Source: Clostridia bacterium (GTDB lineage: Bacteria; Bacillota; Clostridia; Christensenellales; Borkfalkiaceae). From it: DNA of 64,000 bases. Numbering within the stretch: position 1 is the stretch's first letter; each line of letters starts with the position of its first letter. Positions 34,788 through 44,514 of the stretch are shown here, in pieces. The notes beneath the pieces are model-generated. The model was not told where the DNA came from. It saw only the letters and a list, made by a program, of their open reading frames with translations, and ran no database searches. The stretch lies in assembly GCA_017616695.1 (NCBI GenBank), contig JAFZXN010000054.1:35849-99848 (forward strand). Reading direction: 5' to 3'. Position numbers and translations under genes: made by a program.

Positions 34788-34937
34788 ATTCTTCCGATAT
34801 ACGTCGTTTTTCTTACTGATATTTTAAACAATCCGACGAAAAAAATCAAGCGTTTGACAAGTCAAATCGAAAGTAATGAAAAATACCCGCATAGCTATAC
34901 GATAACAGGCTGTTTTACGCGGTAAAATACGAAAATA

Positions 34938-35762
34938 TCAAGCGACGAGCTTATATTTTTCAAAACAACGGTCAAATAAAGCCGCAGTCCTCCCGTAAGT
35001 GTCTGCCTCGTTGATGATAACGCAAATAAGCCTTACGCCGTTTCTCGTTGCGCTTGAGGCTAAACATCTTCCCGATACTTTGGTATAACCCGTCTTGATG
35101 CCGTCCGCGCCGTCGTATTTATATAAAAGCTTGTTTTTATTGATAAGCACTCTGTCGGCGCCTTCAACGGTATTGCGAATAACCTTCTTTTTCGTTCCGA
35201 CTATCTCCGAAAAAAGTAGATTTTTCAAAGCGTATGCGGAAATATAAGCAACGTCCTTAGCTGTCGAATAATGATCGCTTTCTTCAAGGCCGTGCGGATT
35301 GACGAAATTGCTGTTTTTTGAACCGGCTTTTTCCGCGGTCTTATTCATAAGAACGGCAAAATCTTTGATGCTGCCGCTTACGGAAAGCGCTATCGCCGTA
35401 GCGGCGTCGTTTCCCGATCGCATCATCAAAGCGTATAACAACTCTTTTATCGTCAATTTTTCACCTTCTTTCAGGTAAACGCTCGAACCTTCTATCCCGA
35501 CCATTTCACTTGTAACGGTTATTTCCTTTTCGACGTCGCAGTTTTCAATAGCCGTTATCGCCGTCAATATTTTCGTAAGCGACGCGATAGAGGCTTTTTT
35601 ATCGGCGTTCTTTTCAAAAAGTATTTCACCCGTTCTCGCGTCGATAACTATCTCTTCCAAAGAGCCGTTTTCGGCGCAAACAGGCGGCACGACGGCAGTT
35701 ATGCCAGACATAATAATTATTAAAATCAATGATATTACCAACAAATTTTTAATTCTTTTCAT
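34938..35762 (-). CDS. Serine-type D-Ala-D-Ala carboxypeptidase (PBP5/DacB-like)
   Basis: SxxK (SLTK), SGN and KTG motifs. The track ORF starts at 35807; I prefer the ATG at 35762 (MKRIKNLLVISL... signal peptide). Confidence 0.85.
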   Translation of the reverse strand: MKRIKNLLVISLILIIIMSGITAVVPPVCAENGSLEEIVIDARTGEILFEKNADKKASIASLTKILTAITAIENCDVEKEITVTSEMVGIEGSSVYLKEGEKLTIKELLYALMMRSGNDAATAIALSVSGSIKDFAVLMNKTAEKAGSKNSNFVNPHGLEESDHYSTAKDVAYISAYALKNLLFSEIVGTKKKVIRNTVEGADRVLINKNKLLYKYDGADGIKTGYTKVSGRCLASSATRNGVRLICVIINEADTYGRTAALFDRCFEKYKLVA

Positions 35763-36120
35763 CAACACCCTCCAAAACCTTGAAAAACTCCTCCGATATC
35801 TTTTCAAAACGGTCTTGCGGGCAAGATAAGTATTTGACTTTACCCTTCGACTCTATTATAAAGCCGCACGGTTTGACCGTCACGAGCCCGCCGCTGCCGC
35901 TCGATAGCGGATACGCGTTACTTTTTTGGAAGAGTTTAATCTCTCCGTATTCGCCCCCGCCCGATAAAAAGCCTACCGTCATTTTTGTAACGGGAATTAT
36001 CGTAACGTTGTTTTCGGTAAATATCGGCGTACCCACGACCGTGTTTGCGTCGGACAGGTAGTTAAAGTTTTTTAACGTTTCGTTGATGACGTTTCTTATT
36101 TCTTCGTTATTGTTTTTCAT
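35749..36120 (-). CDS. ytfJ: Sporulation protein YtfJ (GerW family)
   Basis: 123 aa. TIIPVTKMTVGFLSGGGEYG and GGLVTVKPCGFII are typical of GerW/YtfJ. Confidence 0.8.
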   Translation of the reverse strand: MKNNNEEIRNVINETLKNFNYLSDANTVVGTPIFTENNVTIIPVTKMTVGFLSGGGEYGEIKLFQKSNAYPLSSGSGGLVTVKPCGFIIESKGKVKYLSCPQDRFEKISEEFFKVLEGVDEKN

Positions 36121-36665
36121 TTTCTTTTCCTCAGATAATCAAATAATAACCGTGCGCCGCTAACGAGGTTAAAAACAAAACCCGTCTCGAAAAACAGAGT
36201 AAGATCCCCCTCGTTTTTTAGCGTCACGCGACTTTTTGCGTTTACAAAAGGCTTTTTCTCGATATATATCGGCAATATTGCGTTACTTACAAAGTTTACG
36301 GCGACCGCGCCGATCATACTCAACGAGCTTATTGGTAAGTCGATAAATGCAAATATTTTGGTTATTTCGACGAATTTCAATACGTTTATATTGCCGTCGA
36401 ACATACTTTTTATATCGATCAACTTAAACGAAAAGGCCTTTTTGTCGGAAACGTGGATAAAGATATTGCCCTTTTTAACGCTCAGATATCCGCCGAAAGA
36501 TATCGTTTTAAAAACTGTGATAACGAAAAACGCTTTGCTTTTATCGGCGTTAAAGTAAATCAGCACGTTTATAAATACCGGAAATATCAGCACCCCGAAC
36601 GCTATTATCGCCGCATACATATATATTATAGTCTGTAATTTTTTGCCGATTATACAAAAAAGCAC
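36117..36665 (-). CDS. DUF2953 (YtfI-like) membrane protein
   Basis: 182 aa. N-terminal TM helices. Position immediately upstream of ytfJ, as in Bacillus ytfI-ytfJ (from memory). Confidence 0.6.
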   Translation of the reverse strand: MLFCIIGKKLQTIIYMYAAIIAFGVLIFPVFINVLIYFNADKSKAFFVITVFKTISFGGYLSVKKGNIFIHVSDKKAFSFKLIDIKSMFDGNINVLKFVEITKIFAFIDLPISSLSMIGAVAVNFVSNAILPIYIEKKPFVNAKSRVTLKNEGDLTLFFETGFVFNLVSGARLLFDYLRKRK

Positions 36666-36711
36666 CGTTATTTAACGGTGCCGTAAACGGTTTTTTTCAG
36701 TATTTTTATTA

Positions 36712-37473
36712 TTATTCTTCGCCCTCGTCGCCCTTAGCGACCTCATCTTCATTTCCAAGGTCGTCGCCGCCGATAACGGAAACGTCCTCGCCGACGAGAA
36801 AATCGGGAAGTTCTTCATCGGCAAAGTCTTTTAAAACGAAATCCTCTTTATCCGAAGTTTTGGGTATGGAAGAAATATCTATCCCTAAATTATCGTCTTG
36901 TCCTTCGACGTATTCGTCCTTCTTGTAAAGATAATTATCGCCGTCGTTGCCGTTAAGTATCCTGATCCTCGACATCAATTCTTCGTAGTTGGGAAGTTCG
37001 TCGAGCGACGATATCTCAAAACGTTTCAGAAATTCGTCGGTCGTGCCGAACAAAACGGGCCTTCCGACGGCGTCTTTACGGCCGACTATCTCAATAACGC
37101 CGAGTTTTAAAAGGTTTTGAATGGCGTATTCGCTGTTGCCCCTTATCTCCTCGAGATCGAGCCTTGTCACGGGCTGCTTATACGCAATGATAGCGGCAAC
37201 TTCGAGCATGCTCTTTGACAGTTCCCTTTCCCTTATCGGATTCAAAACGACGGCAACGGGTTCGGAATATTTCGGATTCGAGCAAAGCTGTATCTTTTTG
37301 TTGAATATCAAAAGATTTATCCCGCACGGATCGGAATATTTTTTCTGCAACTCTTTAGCCGCTGCGAGTATCTCTTTATCCGTACACTCGAGCCGCTCGG
37401 AAATATCGGAAATCGCCACCGCGTTTCCGCTTACAAAGAGTATCGATTCAATTATATTCGTCAATTTCTCCAA
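36712..37473 (-). CDS. scpB: Segregation and condensation protein B
   Basis: 253 aa. IIESILFVSG N-terminus and two winged-helix repeats. Extra acidic C-terminal tail. Confidence 0.9.
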   Translation of the reverse strand: MEKLTNIIESILFVSGNAVAISDISERLECTDKEILAAAKELQKKYSDPCGINLLIFNKKIQLCSNPKYSEPVAVVLNPIRERELSKSMLEVAAIIAYKQPVTRLDLEEIRGNSEYAIQNLLKLGVIEIVGRKDAVGRPVLFGTTDEFLKRFEISSLDELPNYEELMSRIRILNGNDGDNYLYKKDEYVEGQDDNLGIDISSIPKTSDKEDFVLKDFADEELPDFLVGEDVSVIGGDDLGNEDEVAKGDEGEE

Positions 37474-38239
37474 TTTCTTCGCTCCTGTCGGGATTCAATT
37501 TAATGGTTATGTCGTCGTAAACAGCTGTCTGAACGCAGAAAATGTACTGCATTTTCAGCAATTCGAGCATAGCCTGAAAAGTGGTTATCAGCTCGTTTCT
37601 CGTGTAATACGGCGAAAACAGTTCGTAAAAGCTGCATTCTTGTCTGTCTAAAAGCGTTTGCCTGATAAAATCTATCTTGTCTTTAACGGTAAAAACTTCT
37701 TTCGGTATCTCGCGTTTTACGGCGCGGGCGCTTTCCCGTAAGTCGGCTTTCGTCATGACCGACACGAAGGCTTTAATAAGCCCTTCGAGGTTGAAATCGG
37801 TATAGACGATGCGAACGTCGTTAGCCGAATCGTCGGGCGCTTTATAATATCTTCCGATGATCTCGCGCGCCTTTAAAGCGTCAGCCTCCTCTTTAAACAA
37901 GCGATATTCTTCAAGACGGCGCAGTAAGAGCTTTTCGGGATCCATATCGTCGTCACCGTCGTCCGTGACAACTTGGGGAAGAAGAGCTTTGGACTTTATC
38001 TCGAGAAGAGTAGCCGCCATGGTAAGGTATTCGCTGGCCTTTTCAACGTCAAGCTCGTTCACCGATTCGATATACTTTAAATATTGAGCGGTAACGTCGC
38101 TGACGAAGATATCTTCTATCCTTATCTCCGCCTGCTTAACGAGATATAATAAAAGGTCGAGCGGCCCGTCGAAGTTGGCTAACGTCGTATTATAATCTAC
38201 GACCGACTCGAATTTTTCGGCGATTTTTTCGATACTCAA
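37448..38239 (-). CDS. scpA: Segregation and condensation protein A
   Basis: 263 aa. FDGPLDLLLYLVKQAEI motif. Overlaps the scpB start. Confidence 0.9.
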   Translation of the reverse strand: MSIEKIAEKFESVVDYNTTLANFDGPLDLLLYLVKQAEIRIEDIFVSDVTAQYLKYIESVNELDVEKASEYLTMAATLLEIKSKALLPQVVTDDGDDDMDPEKLLLRRLEEYRLFKEEADALKAREIIGRYYKAPDDSANDVRIVYTDFNLEGLIKAFVSVMTKADLRESARAVKREIPKEVFTVKDKIDFIRQTLLDRQECSFYELFSPYYTRNELITTFQAMLELLKMQYIFCVQTAVYDDITIKLNPDRSEEIGEIDEYN

Positions 38240-38258
38240 AGCAATTTCACTCCGATAA

Positions 38259-38957
38259 TTATTTTAAAAAGGGGCTTAATATCAAGTTCCACAACGCCTC
38301 GAAACCGCTGAATATCCCGCCGGTAACGGTACTTAAAAGCCACCCGAGAACGTCCACGTAACTTAAAAACGACAAAAACGAATAAGTCGATAAATAGTGG
38401 ACGAGCATGAGTACCAAAAGCACGATATAGCCTTTTGTCCTCAAAAACGCAAGGAACTTATTGGGGCGCTTGAACATTACTTCGAGGACTCTGAACCCGT
38501 CGAGAGGATATACGGGAATAAGGTTGAAGACGAAAAGATTGATATTTATAATTACGAAAAAGTATAAAAAATAGTATAAAAGCAGGGTAAAAACGTTGAT
38601 CTCGGTGATAAGTTCAGACGCAATTATAAGCACGGGGCACATCAAAAACGCAAGAGAAATATTCGTAAGTACGCCAGCGACACTCGTCCAGAAATAGCCT
38701 TTGCGGATATTCCTGAAGTTATAGGGATTGATGGGAACGGGTTTCGCCCAGCCGAAATGCACGATCAAAAGCATTAAAAAGCCCACAAGATCAAAATGTG
38801 CAAACGGATTGAGCGTGTACCGTCCGCTGACGCGCGGCGTTTCGTCGCCCCACTTTACCGCCATGAATGCGTGCGCAAATTCGTGCGCGGGCAGAACTAT
38901 CATAAGCGCAACGAATACTGCGATATATTGTAAAACCGTTTTTAATGTTACGTCCAT
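38259..38957 (-). CDS. Site-2 protease family (M50) zinc metalloprotease
   Basis: 232 aa. HEFAHAFMA (HExxH) in the first TM helix and a second motif LIPVYPLDGFRV. Confidence 0.82.
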   Translation of the reverse strand: MDVTLKTVLQYIAVFVALMIVLPAHEFAHAFMAVKWGDETPRVSGRYTLNPFAHFDLVGFLMLLIVHFGWAKPVPINPYNFRNIRKGYFWTSVAGVLTNISLAFLMCPVLIIASELITEINVFTLLLYYFLYFFVIININLFVFNLIPVYPLDGFRVLEVMFKRPNKFLAFLRTKGYIVLLVLMLVHYLSTYSFLSFLSYVDVLGWLLSTVTGGIFSGFEALWNLILSPFLK

Positions 38958-39109
38958 TTCAATAGATAACGATATACAAATCGTTTAAATAATTATACTA
39001 CCGTTTTAAAAAAAACGCAAGAATTTTGCTCAAATTCAAACAAAACGAGTGTTAAAAGCAGTTTTTATCCCGATTTTGCGAAAAAGCTTTTCGTAAAGCA
39101 ATAAAAAGT

Positions 39110-40069
39110 CTATTTCGTTTCGTCGTTTTTCTTTTTGGAAATATAAGCGAAAATGTTGACCTGAGCAAAGACTATAGCTAAAAGCATTATCACGCAACCG
39201 AGTATCTGCAGCGGCGTGTGCGGCTTGACGTACCCCGTAATAAGCCCCAACACCACTTCGCACAATAAAGCAAAGAAAGATTCAAGGCTCAAAACGATGG
39301 AAACGACCACGGGATTGGTGCCTTTTTGAGATACTATCTGCAACGTGTACGCGATAGCGCACGAGAACACGCCGACGTATATCAGCTGCGGCAGACATTC
39401 GGCGATGACCGCAAACGAAATATCGTCGAAGATCAGCGCAAAGATCAATGAAACCGTGCCCATTACGAAAAATTGCAGACACGACAGTTTCAGCGGATCG
39501 ACCTTTTTAACGAAATGATCCACTAAAAGTATGTGTACGGAAAATATGATCGCACAGCCGAACAGCTCGACGTGATAAACGCTGAAAGACTTTCCGCCCG
39601 TAAAATTGCATATAAGAAACAGCCCGATAAGCGCCATAGCTATCGCTATCCAGACGTTTGCGGTGGGTTTTCTGCCGAAAAACAGCAAAATGATAGGCAC
39701 GAGAACTATATATAAAGCGGTTATGAACGCCGCGTCGCCTTCGGTGAGAACGTTGCCGCCCGCCTCAGTCGTGCCGAACATGCCGAACTGCTGAACGTTT
39801 GACGCGGCGCAGATAGCAATGCCGCACAAGATCCCGCCAATAATAAGCGATCTTACGGAATGCGTCTTTATTTCGACGCCCTTGGACGTTCTGACCTTAT
39901 CCGCGACAAACGACGCCAGCGTAAGGACGACGACGGCAAAATAGGACCTGACTGCGTTGAAAGTGAACGCGCCCATCTTGTCCGCAACGGAGCCTTGAAC
40001 TATAAATGCGCCGCCCCAGATAAGCGCGACTATCGAAGGTAATAATATCTGTTTAACGTTTCTGTTCAT
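39110..40069 (-). CDS. DMT superfamily (EamA-type) transporter
   Basis: 319 aa. About ten hydrophobic helices in two EamA-like halves. Confidence 0.78.
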   Translation of the reverse strand: MNRNVKQILLPSIVALIWGGAFIVQGSVADKMGAFTFNAVRSYFAVVVLTLASFVADKVRTSKGVEIKTHSVRSLIIGGILCGIAICAASNVQQFGMFGTTEAGGNVLTEGDAAFITALYIVLVPIILLFFGRKPTANVWIAIAMALIGLFLICNFTGGKSFSVYHVELFGCAIIFSVHILLVDHFVKKVDPLKLSCLQFFVMGTVSLIFALIFDDISFAVIAECLPQLIYVGVFSCAIAYTLQIVSQKGTNPVVVSIVLSLESFFALLCEVVLGLITGYVKPHTPLQILGCVIMLLAIVFAQVNIFAYISKKKNDETK

Positions 40070-40102
40070 TTTATTATCGTCTCAACTCATCAAGTAATAA
40101 TA

Positions 40103-40705
40103 TCAGTCTTTCGTTTTGTTAATGAAAACAAACGCGCCGCCGTCAACGATATCAAGAAAAAATTCGCTTTTTATCGCAATATTTGATATCCCCAAAGTTG
40201 ACGCTACGTTCATTTTCGTATTGTCGTAAGCATATTTTAACCCGTCGGATCTCTTTATTAACGTTTCTTTCACGGGAACGACGGAAACGGTCGCGCCGAC
40301 GTGAGCGGAAAATAAACGCAGGCTTTCTATATAGTACACGTCTGAAAAGCGCGTTACCGCACGGCAATCTATCCCCGCCTTTGCGGCTTTGATAAGAATG
40401 GCGAGATTTCCGAGAAAATGGTCTTCGCGCTTACCGCCGGCATAGATGAAAACGACGTTATCCGCGCCGAAATTTTCCATAGCGTAAGTATAAGCAAGCT
40501 CGCCGTCCGTATAGTCCTTTTCGGCAGGGAAAACCTTTGCGCCTTCGGGAACGTAGTTAAGAGAATCGAAATCCCCTAAAATAACGTCGGGCTTTACGCC
40601 GATAGACTTTAAGTGTTCGTAAGCCCCGTCACAGCAGATTATCCTGTCGCCATCTGAAAAATCAAAATCGAATTTTTCGCCGTTGAGCGCAATTATCGTT
40701 CTCAT
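40103..40705 (-). CDS. thiN: Thiamine diphosphokinase
   Basis: 200 aa. CCDGAYEHL and ILGDFDS motifs. Conserved rpe-thiN linkage. Confidence 0.85.
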   Translation of the reverse strand: MRTIIALNGEKFDFDFSDGDRIICCDGAYEHLKSIGVKPDVILGDFDSLNYVPEGAKVFPAEKDYTDGELAYTYAMENFGADNVVFIYAGGKREDHFLGNLAILIKAAKAGIDCRAVTRFSDVYYIESLRLFSAHVGATVSVVPVKETLIKRSDGLKYAYDNTKMNVASTLGISNIAIKSEFFLDIVDGGAFVFINKTKD

Positions 40706-41367
40706 ACCGCACCGCGAAGTTTTTTGATAGTCAAAGCTTTATCATCGCTCGAAAACACGGCGCTTCCGGCAACGAGAACGTTTACGCCCGCTTGACGCGC
40801 GGCTTTGGCGGTCTCTTCGTTAATGCCGCCGTCTATCTCGATAAGTATATCTTTATCGAGTTTGTCGACGATATCGCGGACGTATCGAACGCTTTCAAGC
40901 GTGCTTTCAATGAATTTCTGCCCGCCGAAACCGGGAAAAACGCTCATAATAAGCACCATATCGCATAGCGGGATAATATCTTTTATCTTAACTGCCGGCG
41001 TATCGGGATTGATGACGACGCCGCATTTTACGCCCTGTTTTTTTATAAGCGCGAGCACGTTTTCGGTATCTTCAAGGCAAGTTTCGTAATGAACGGTGAT
41101 ATAGTCGGCGCCCGCCTTTGCGAACCTTTCGACGTACTTTTCCGGGTGAACTATCATAAGATGACAGTCAAGCGGAAGATCGGTATGTTTTCTGATATCG
41201 GCGACCATCTTTATCCCGAAACTGATGTTAGGAACGAACACGCCGTCCATAACGTCGCAATGGACGATATCCGCGCCGATTTTTTTCAAAGCGGAAACTT
41301 CTTCGCCCATTTTCGCAAAATCCGCCGAAAGAATGGACGGTGCGATTTTAATATCTGTGTTTTTCAT
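40702..41367 (-). CDS. rpe: Ribulose-phosphate 3-epimerase
   Basis: 221 aa. IAPSILSADF, HCDVMDG, and GFGGQKF motifs. Confidence 0.95.
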   Translation of the reverse strand: MKNTDIKIAPSILSADFAKMGEEVSALKKIGADIVHCDVMDGVFVPNISFGIKMVADIRKHTDLPLDCHLMIVHPEKYVERFAKAGADYITVHYETCLEDTENVLALIKKQGVKCGVVINPDTPAVKIKDIIPLCDMVLIMSVFPGFGGQKFIESTLESVRYVRDIVDKLDKDILIEIDGGINEETAKAARQAGVNVLVAGSAVFSSDDKALTIKKLRGAV

Positions 41368-42196
41368 TTTCTTTGATTTCCTTGTAGATCGAAAGGTAAC
41401 GGGAATACCTGTCTGAAGATATCCCGCCGCTTGAAACGGCGTCTTTTATAAGACAATCGGGCTCCGCCGTGTGGGAACAGCCGATATAATAGCATTTGCC
41501 GACGTAAGGCGTAAACTCTTTATATAATTTATCAAGCTCGTCGCTTTTCACGCCCGTAAGCTCCAAAGAGGAAAACCCGGGGGTATCTATAACGGCAAGA
41601 CCGTCGGCAAAATGTATCTCGCGGCTGGTCGTGGTGTGCCGCCCGCGCAGCGTTTTTTCGCTTAAGCTATTTACGGCTTTATCCGTGCCGAATATCCTGT
41701 TGATAAGCGAAGTTTTGCCCACGGCCGACTGTCCTGCGAACGCCGTGAAATTGCCGTTAAGATAACTTACGAGCTCATCTATCCCTTCGCCCGTTTCCGC
41801 CGAAACGGAAAAGATCGCGTCGACGGCATTCGAGTAATTTTCTTTGCAATAGTTAAAGACGGAAAGCCCCGTGTCGGCTTTATTTACGGTGAGAGTAACT
41901 TTCGCCCCGCCTGCATACGCCTCCGCTATAAGTTTATCGACGAGAAGATAGTCGGGCTCCGGAAGCGGCGCGATGACGATATTAATAAGCGTTACGTTGG
42001 CAACGTTTGTGCGGGGATAATAGGACGATCTCGGCTCGACCTTTTCTATAACGCCGTTATCAAAAACCACCGTATCGCCTACCTTTATGCCTCCGCCTTG
42101 CAGTTTGATGATCCCGCGCGCGGGGATAACGTAATACTCGCCTTCGCAAAATATCTTGTATTTATTTGTCGTGATCTTACTTACAGTCCCTAAAAT
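41348..42196 (-). CDS. rsgA: Ribosome small-subunit-dependent GTPase A
   Basis: The track ORF (41348-42070, GTG) lacks the OB-fold. The same frame stays open for 42 more codons (ILGTVSKITTNKYKIFCEGEYYVIPARGIIKLQGGGIKVGDTV) back to an ATT at 42196-42194, preceded by AGGAG with 9-nt spacing. G-motifs NKAD, GQSAVGKTSL, DTPGF and the zinc-finger CxHxxEPxC are present. Confidence 0.85.
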   Translation of the reverse strand: MLGTVSKITTNKYKIFCEGEYYVIPARGIIKLQGGGIKVGDTVVFDNGVIEKVEPRSSYYPRTNVANVTLINIVIAPLPEPDYLLVDKLIAEAYAGGAKVTLTVNKADTGLSVFNYCKENYSNAVDAIFSVSAETGEGIDELVSYLNGNFTAFAGQSAVGKTSLINRIFGTDKAVNSLSEKTLRGRHTTTSREIHFADGLAVIDTPGFSSLELTGVKSDELDKLYKEFTPYVGKCYYIGCSHTAEPDCLIKDAVSSGGISSDRYSRYLSIYKEIKENEKHRY

Positions 42197-42232
42197 AACC
42201 GTTATCTCCTGAATATTTCGATGATTTGTCGC

Positions 42233-43279
42233 TTAAACGCTTAATTTACCGTCGATATAGCGGCGGCGGAGCTGACCGCAAGCGCCGTCTATATCCGTAC
42301 CCATACGGCGCCTTAACGTTGCGGAAATACCTTTGTCGGTAAGCTTTTTCAAAAAGGCGTTGGCTTTTACGTCGCTCGTGGCGTCGAGATCTCTTTCCTT
42401 TACGGCGTTGAGCCTTATAAGGTTCAGATGGCAAGGCTTGCCTTTTAAAAGTCTATATAGCGCGTCGGCGCACTCATCGGAGTCGTTCTCGCCGGCAATA
42501 AGCGAATATTCAAAGTAATATCTTCTGCCCGTTATCTTGAAATAATTATCGCAAGCAGCTAAAATTTCCGATATTTTGTACGTTTTTGCGACGGGCATGA
42601 TTTTCATTCTGGCCTCGTCGAAGGGAGAATGGAGCGAAACGGTCAGATTTACGGGCAGCCCTTCGTTAGCAAGATCGTACATCTTCGGGACCAATCCGCA
42701 GGTGGAAAGACTTACGTTGCGCGGACTTATATTTATGCCGTCCGGCGATGCAAGAAGGCGCAGAAACTTTATTACGTTATCGTAATTGTCGAGCGGTTCG
42801 CCGCTGCCCATTAAAACGACGTTGGTTATCTTTCTGTCCTTAACGCTACCGCCGAGGGCACGATTGACGGCAAGTATCTCCGAAAGCATTTCGCCCGCGG
42901 ACATATTTCTTATAAGCCCGTCGAGCGTGGAGGCGCAAAACTTACAACCCATTCGGCACCCGACCTGCGTGGAAACGCAAAGCGTATTGCCGTATTTATA
43001 CTGCATCAAGACGCCTTCGATAACGTTTCCGTCAAAGAGGGAAAACAGATACTTTCTCGTACCGTCGCGGGAGACGAGCTCCCTTATTATTTTGCAAGGT
43101 TCGTCGATATATCCGGCGGCAAGCTTTTCGCGTAGCGCAACCGACAGCTCCGTCATTTCTTCAAAGCGTTTATATTGATGAACGTTGGAAAATATCTGCG
43201 ACGCCCTGAACGGCTTTTCGCCCATACCCGAAACGATATCTTTAAGCTCCGATAAGTTGTAGTCAGATATTATTTTCAT
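42233..43279 (-). CDS. rlmN: 23S rRNA/tRNA A2503 C2-methyltransferase RlmN
   Basis: 348 aa. Radical-SAM GCRMGCKFCAS and C-terminal DIDGACGQL. Confidence 0.95.
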   Translation of the reverse strand: MKIISDYNLSELKDIVSGMGEKPFRASQIFSNVHQYKRFEEMTELSVALREKLAAGYIDEPCKIIRELVSRDGTRKYLFSLFDGNVIEGVLMQYKYGNTLCVSTQVGCRMGCKFCASTLDGLIRNMSAGEMLSEILAVNRALGGSVKDRKITNVVLMGSGEPLDNYDNVIKFLRLLASPDGINISPRNVSLSTCGLVPKMYDLANEGLPVNLTVSLHSPFDEARMKIMPVAKTYKISEILAACDNYFKITGRRYYFEYSLIAGENDSDECADALYRLLKGKPCHLNLIRLNAVKERDLDATSDVKANAFLKKLTDKGISATLRRRMGTDIDGACGQLRRRYIDGKLSV

Positions 43280-44514
43280 TTTATCCTGCGCATGAGCGAA
43301 ACGTAAAAACCCGCGCCCATGGATATATCCGGCAGAAACTGCAAACCGTATTTTTTACTGAGATGCGGCAGTTCGCAAGTTTCGTAAAAAACTTCAAAAT
43401 CGTCGTTGTTTTCTAAAAATTTGCCGACTATTACGTCGTTTTCGGCGTCGAATACGGAACAAGTGGAATAAACGAGTTTTCCGCCAAGTTCAACGTATTC
43501 AGAGCACGTCGACAATATCCTTAACTGCTCTTTATTTATCTCGGCGATGCTATTTGCGCTTCTGTTTAATTTTATATCCGGATTGGTTTTTATTGTACCG
43601 TACCCCGAGCACGGAACGTCGCAAAGCACGGCGGAAAACTTTCCGAGCGACTTATCGTATTCGCCCGCGTCTTTTAAAAGGATATCTACGTTGGTCTTTT
43701 TCATGCGCTTAACGTAAGACTCGATAAGTTTTGCGCGGTGCGAATGAAGCTCTAACGCGGTAACTTTATCGAACTTATCGGCAAGAAACACCGTCTTTCC
43801 GCCGGGCGCGGCGCAAGCGTCGAGAAGATCGCGCCCTTTTCCTACGAGCGAACAGATAGCCGCCGAACCTACCGACTGAAAAGTATAAATACCTTTATCG
43901 AAGTCGGCGTCCATCTTTTTGTTGGGAACGGAAAACACGTTATAAAACGGCGTTTTTTCATACGCAAGCCCGTTATCTGAAAGATACTTTTCACCGTCGA
44001 TCCCATTGTTGAAGCGTAAAAACGTGTATTCTTCGTTAAACGCCATTATGCTTTCGGCTTTGTCGCCATAGTCATTTATAAGTTCTTCGACGGCAAAAAC
44101 GGGGAAAGAATATTTGACGGAAAGATAGTCCTTTTCGTTTTCGGGGAGTTCTACCTTCTTTTCGGCAAACCGCCTCAAAAAGGCGTTGACAAAGCCCGCA
44201 TTGGCCGATTTTCCGAGCTTTTTCGTAAGCTCGACGAGCGCGTCGGTCACGGCAAAAGGCTTGTTACCGAGAAATTCGATAGCGTACATTCCTATCTTTA
44301 AAATTATCTTTATCTTAAGTTTAGGCGATTTTTCGCAAAGTTTCGCAATATAATAATCGAGCCTCAGATCGTTGTCGAGAACTCCGTAACAGATTTTTAC
44401 CGTTCTCGATAATGATAATTGCTCGAGCGGCGTATCGTTTATCGCCTGCTTTATGAACGCGCCTTCCGAATAGACTTTTGAAAGCACGAGATAACTGTCG
44501 TAATAATTTATCAT
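43276..44514 (-). CDS. rsmB: 16S rRNA m5C967 methyltransferase RsmB (Sun)
   Basis: 412 aa. NusB-like N-domain, DACAAPGGKT SAM motif, DVPCSG and YSTCS catalytic cysteines. Confidence 0.9.
   Translation of the reverse strand: MINYYDSYLVLSKVYSEGAFIKQAINDTPLEQLSLSRTVKICYGVLDNDLRLDYYIAKLCEKSPKLKIKIILKIGMYAIEFLGNKPFAVTDALVELTKKLGKSANAGFVNAFLRRFAEKKVELPENEKDYLSVKYSFPVFAVEELINDYGDKAESIMAFNEEYTFLRFNNGIDGEKYLSDNGLAYEKTPFYNVFSVPNKKMDADFDKGIYTFQSVGSAAICSLVGKGRDLLDACAAPGGKTVFLADKFDKVTALELHSHRAKLIESYVKRMKKTNVDILLKDAGEYDKSLGKFSAVLCDVPCSGYGTIKTNPDIKLNRSANSIAEINKEQLRILSTCSEYVELGGKLVYSTCSVFDAENDVIVGKFLENNDDFEVFYETCELPHLSKKYGLQFLPDISMGAGFYVSLMRRIK

Noticed and set aside
34200-34925. 241-aa plus-strand ORF.
   Set aside because: It is entirely antisense to rluB, which has clear catalytic motifs. 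It has no SD and an Arg/Phe/Val-rich composition typical of antisense frames.
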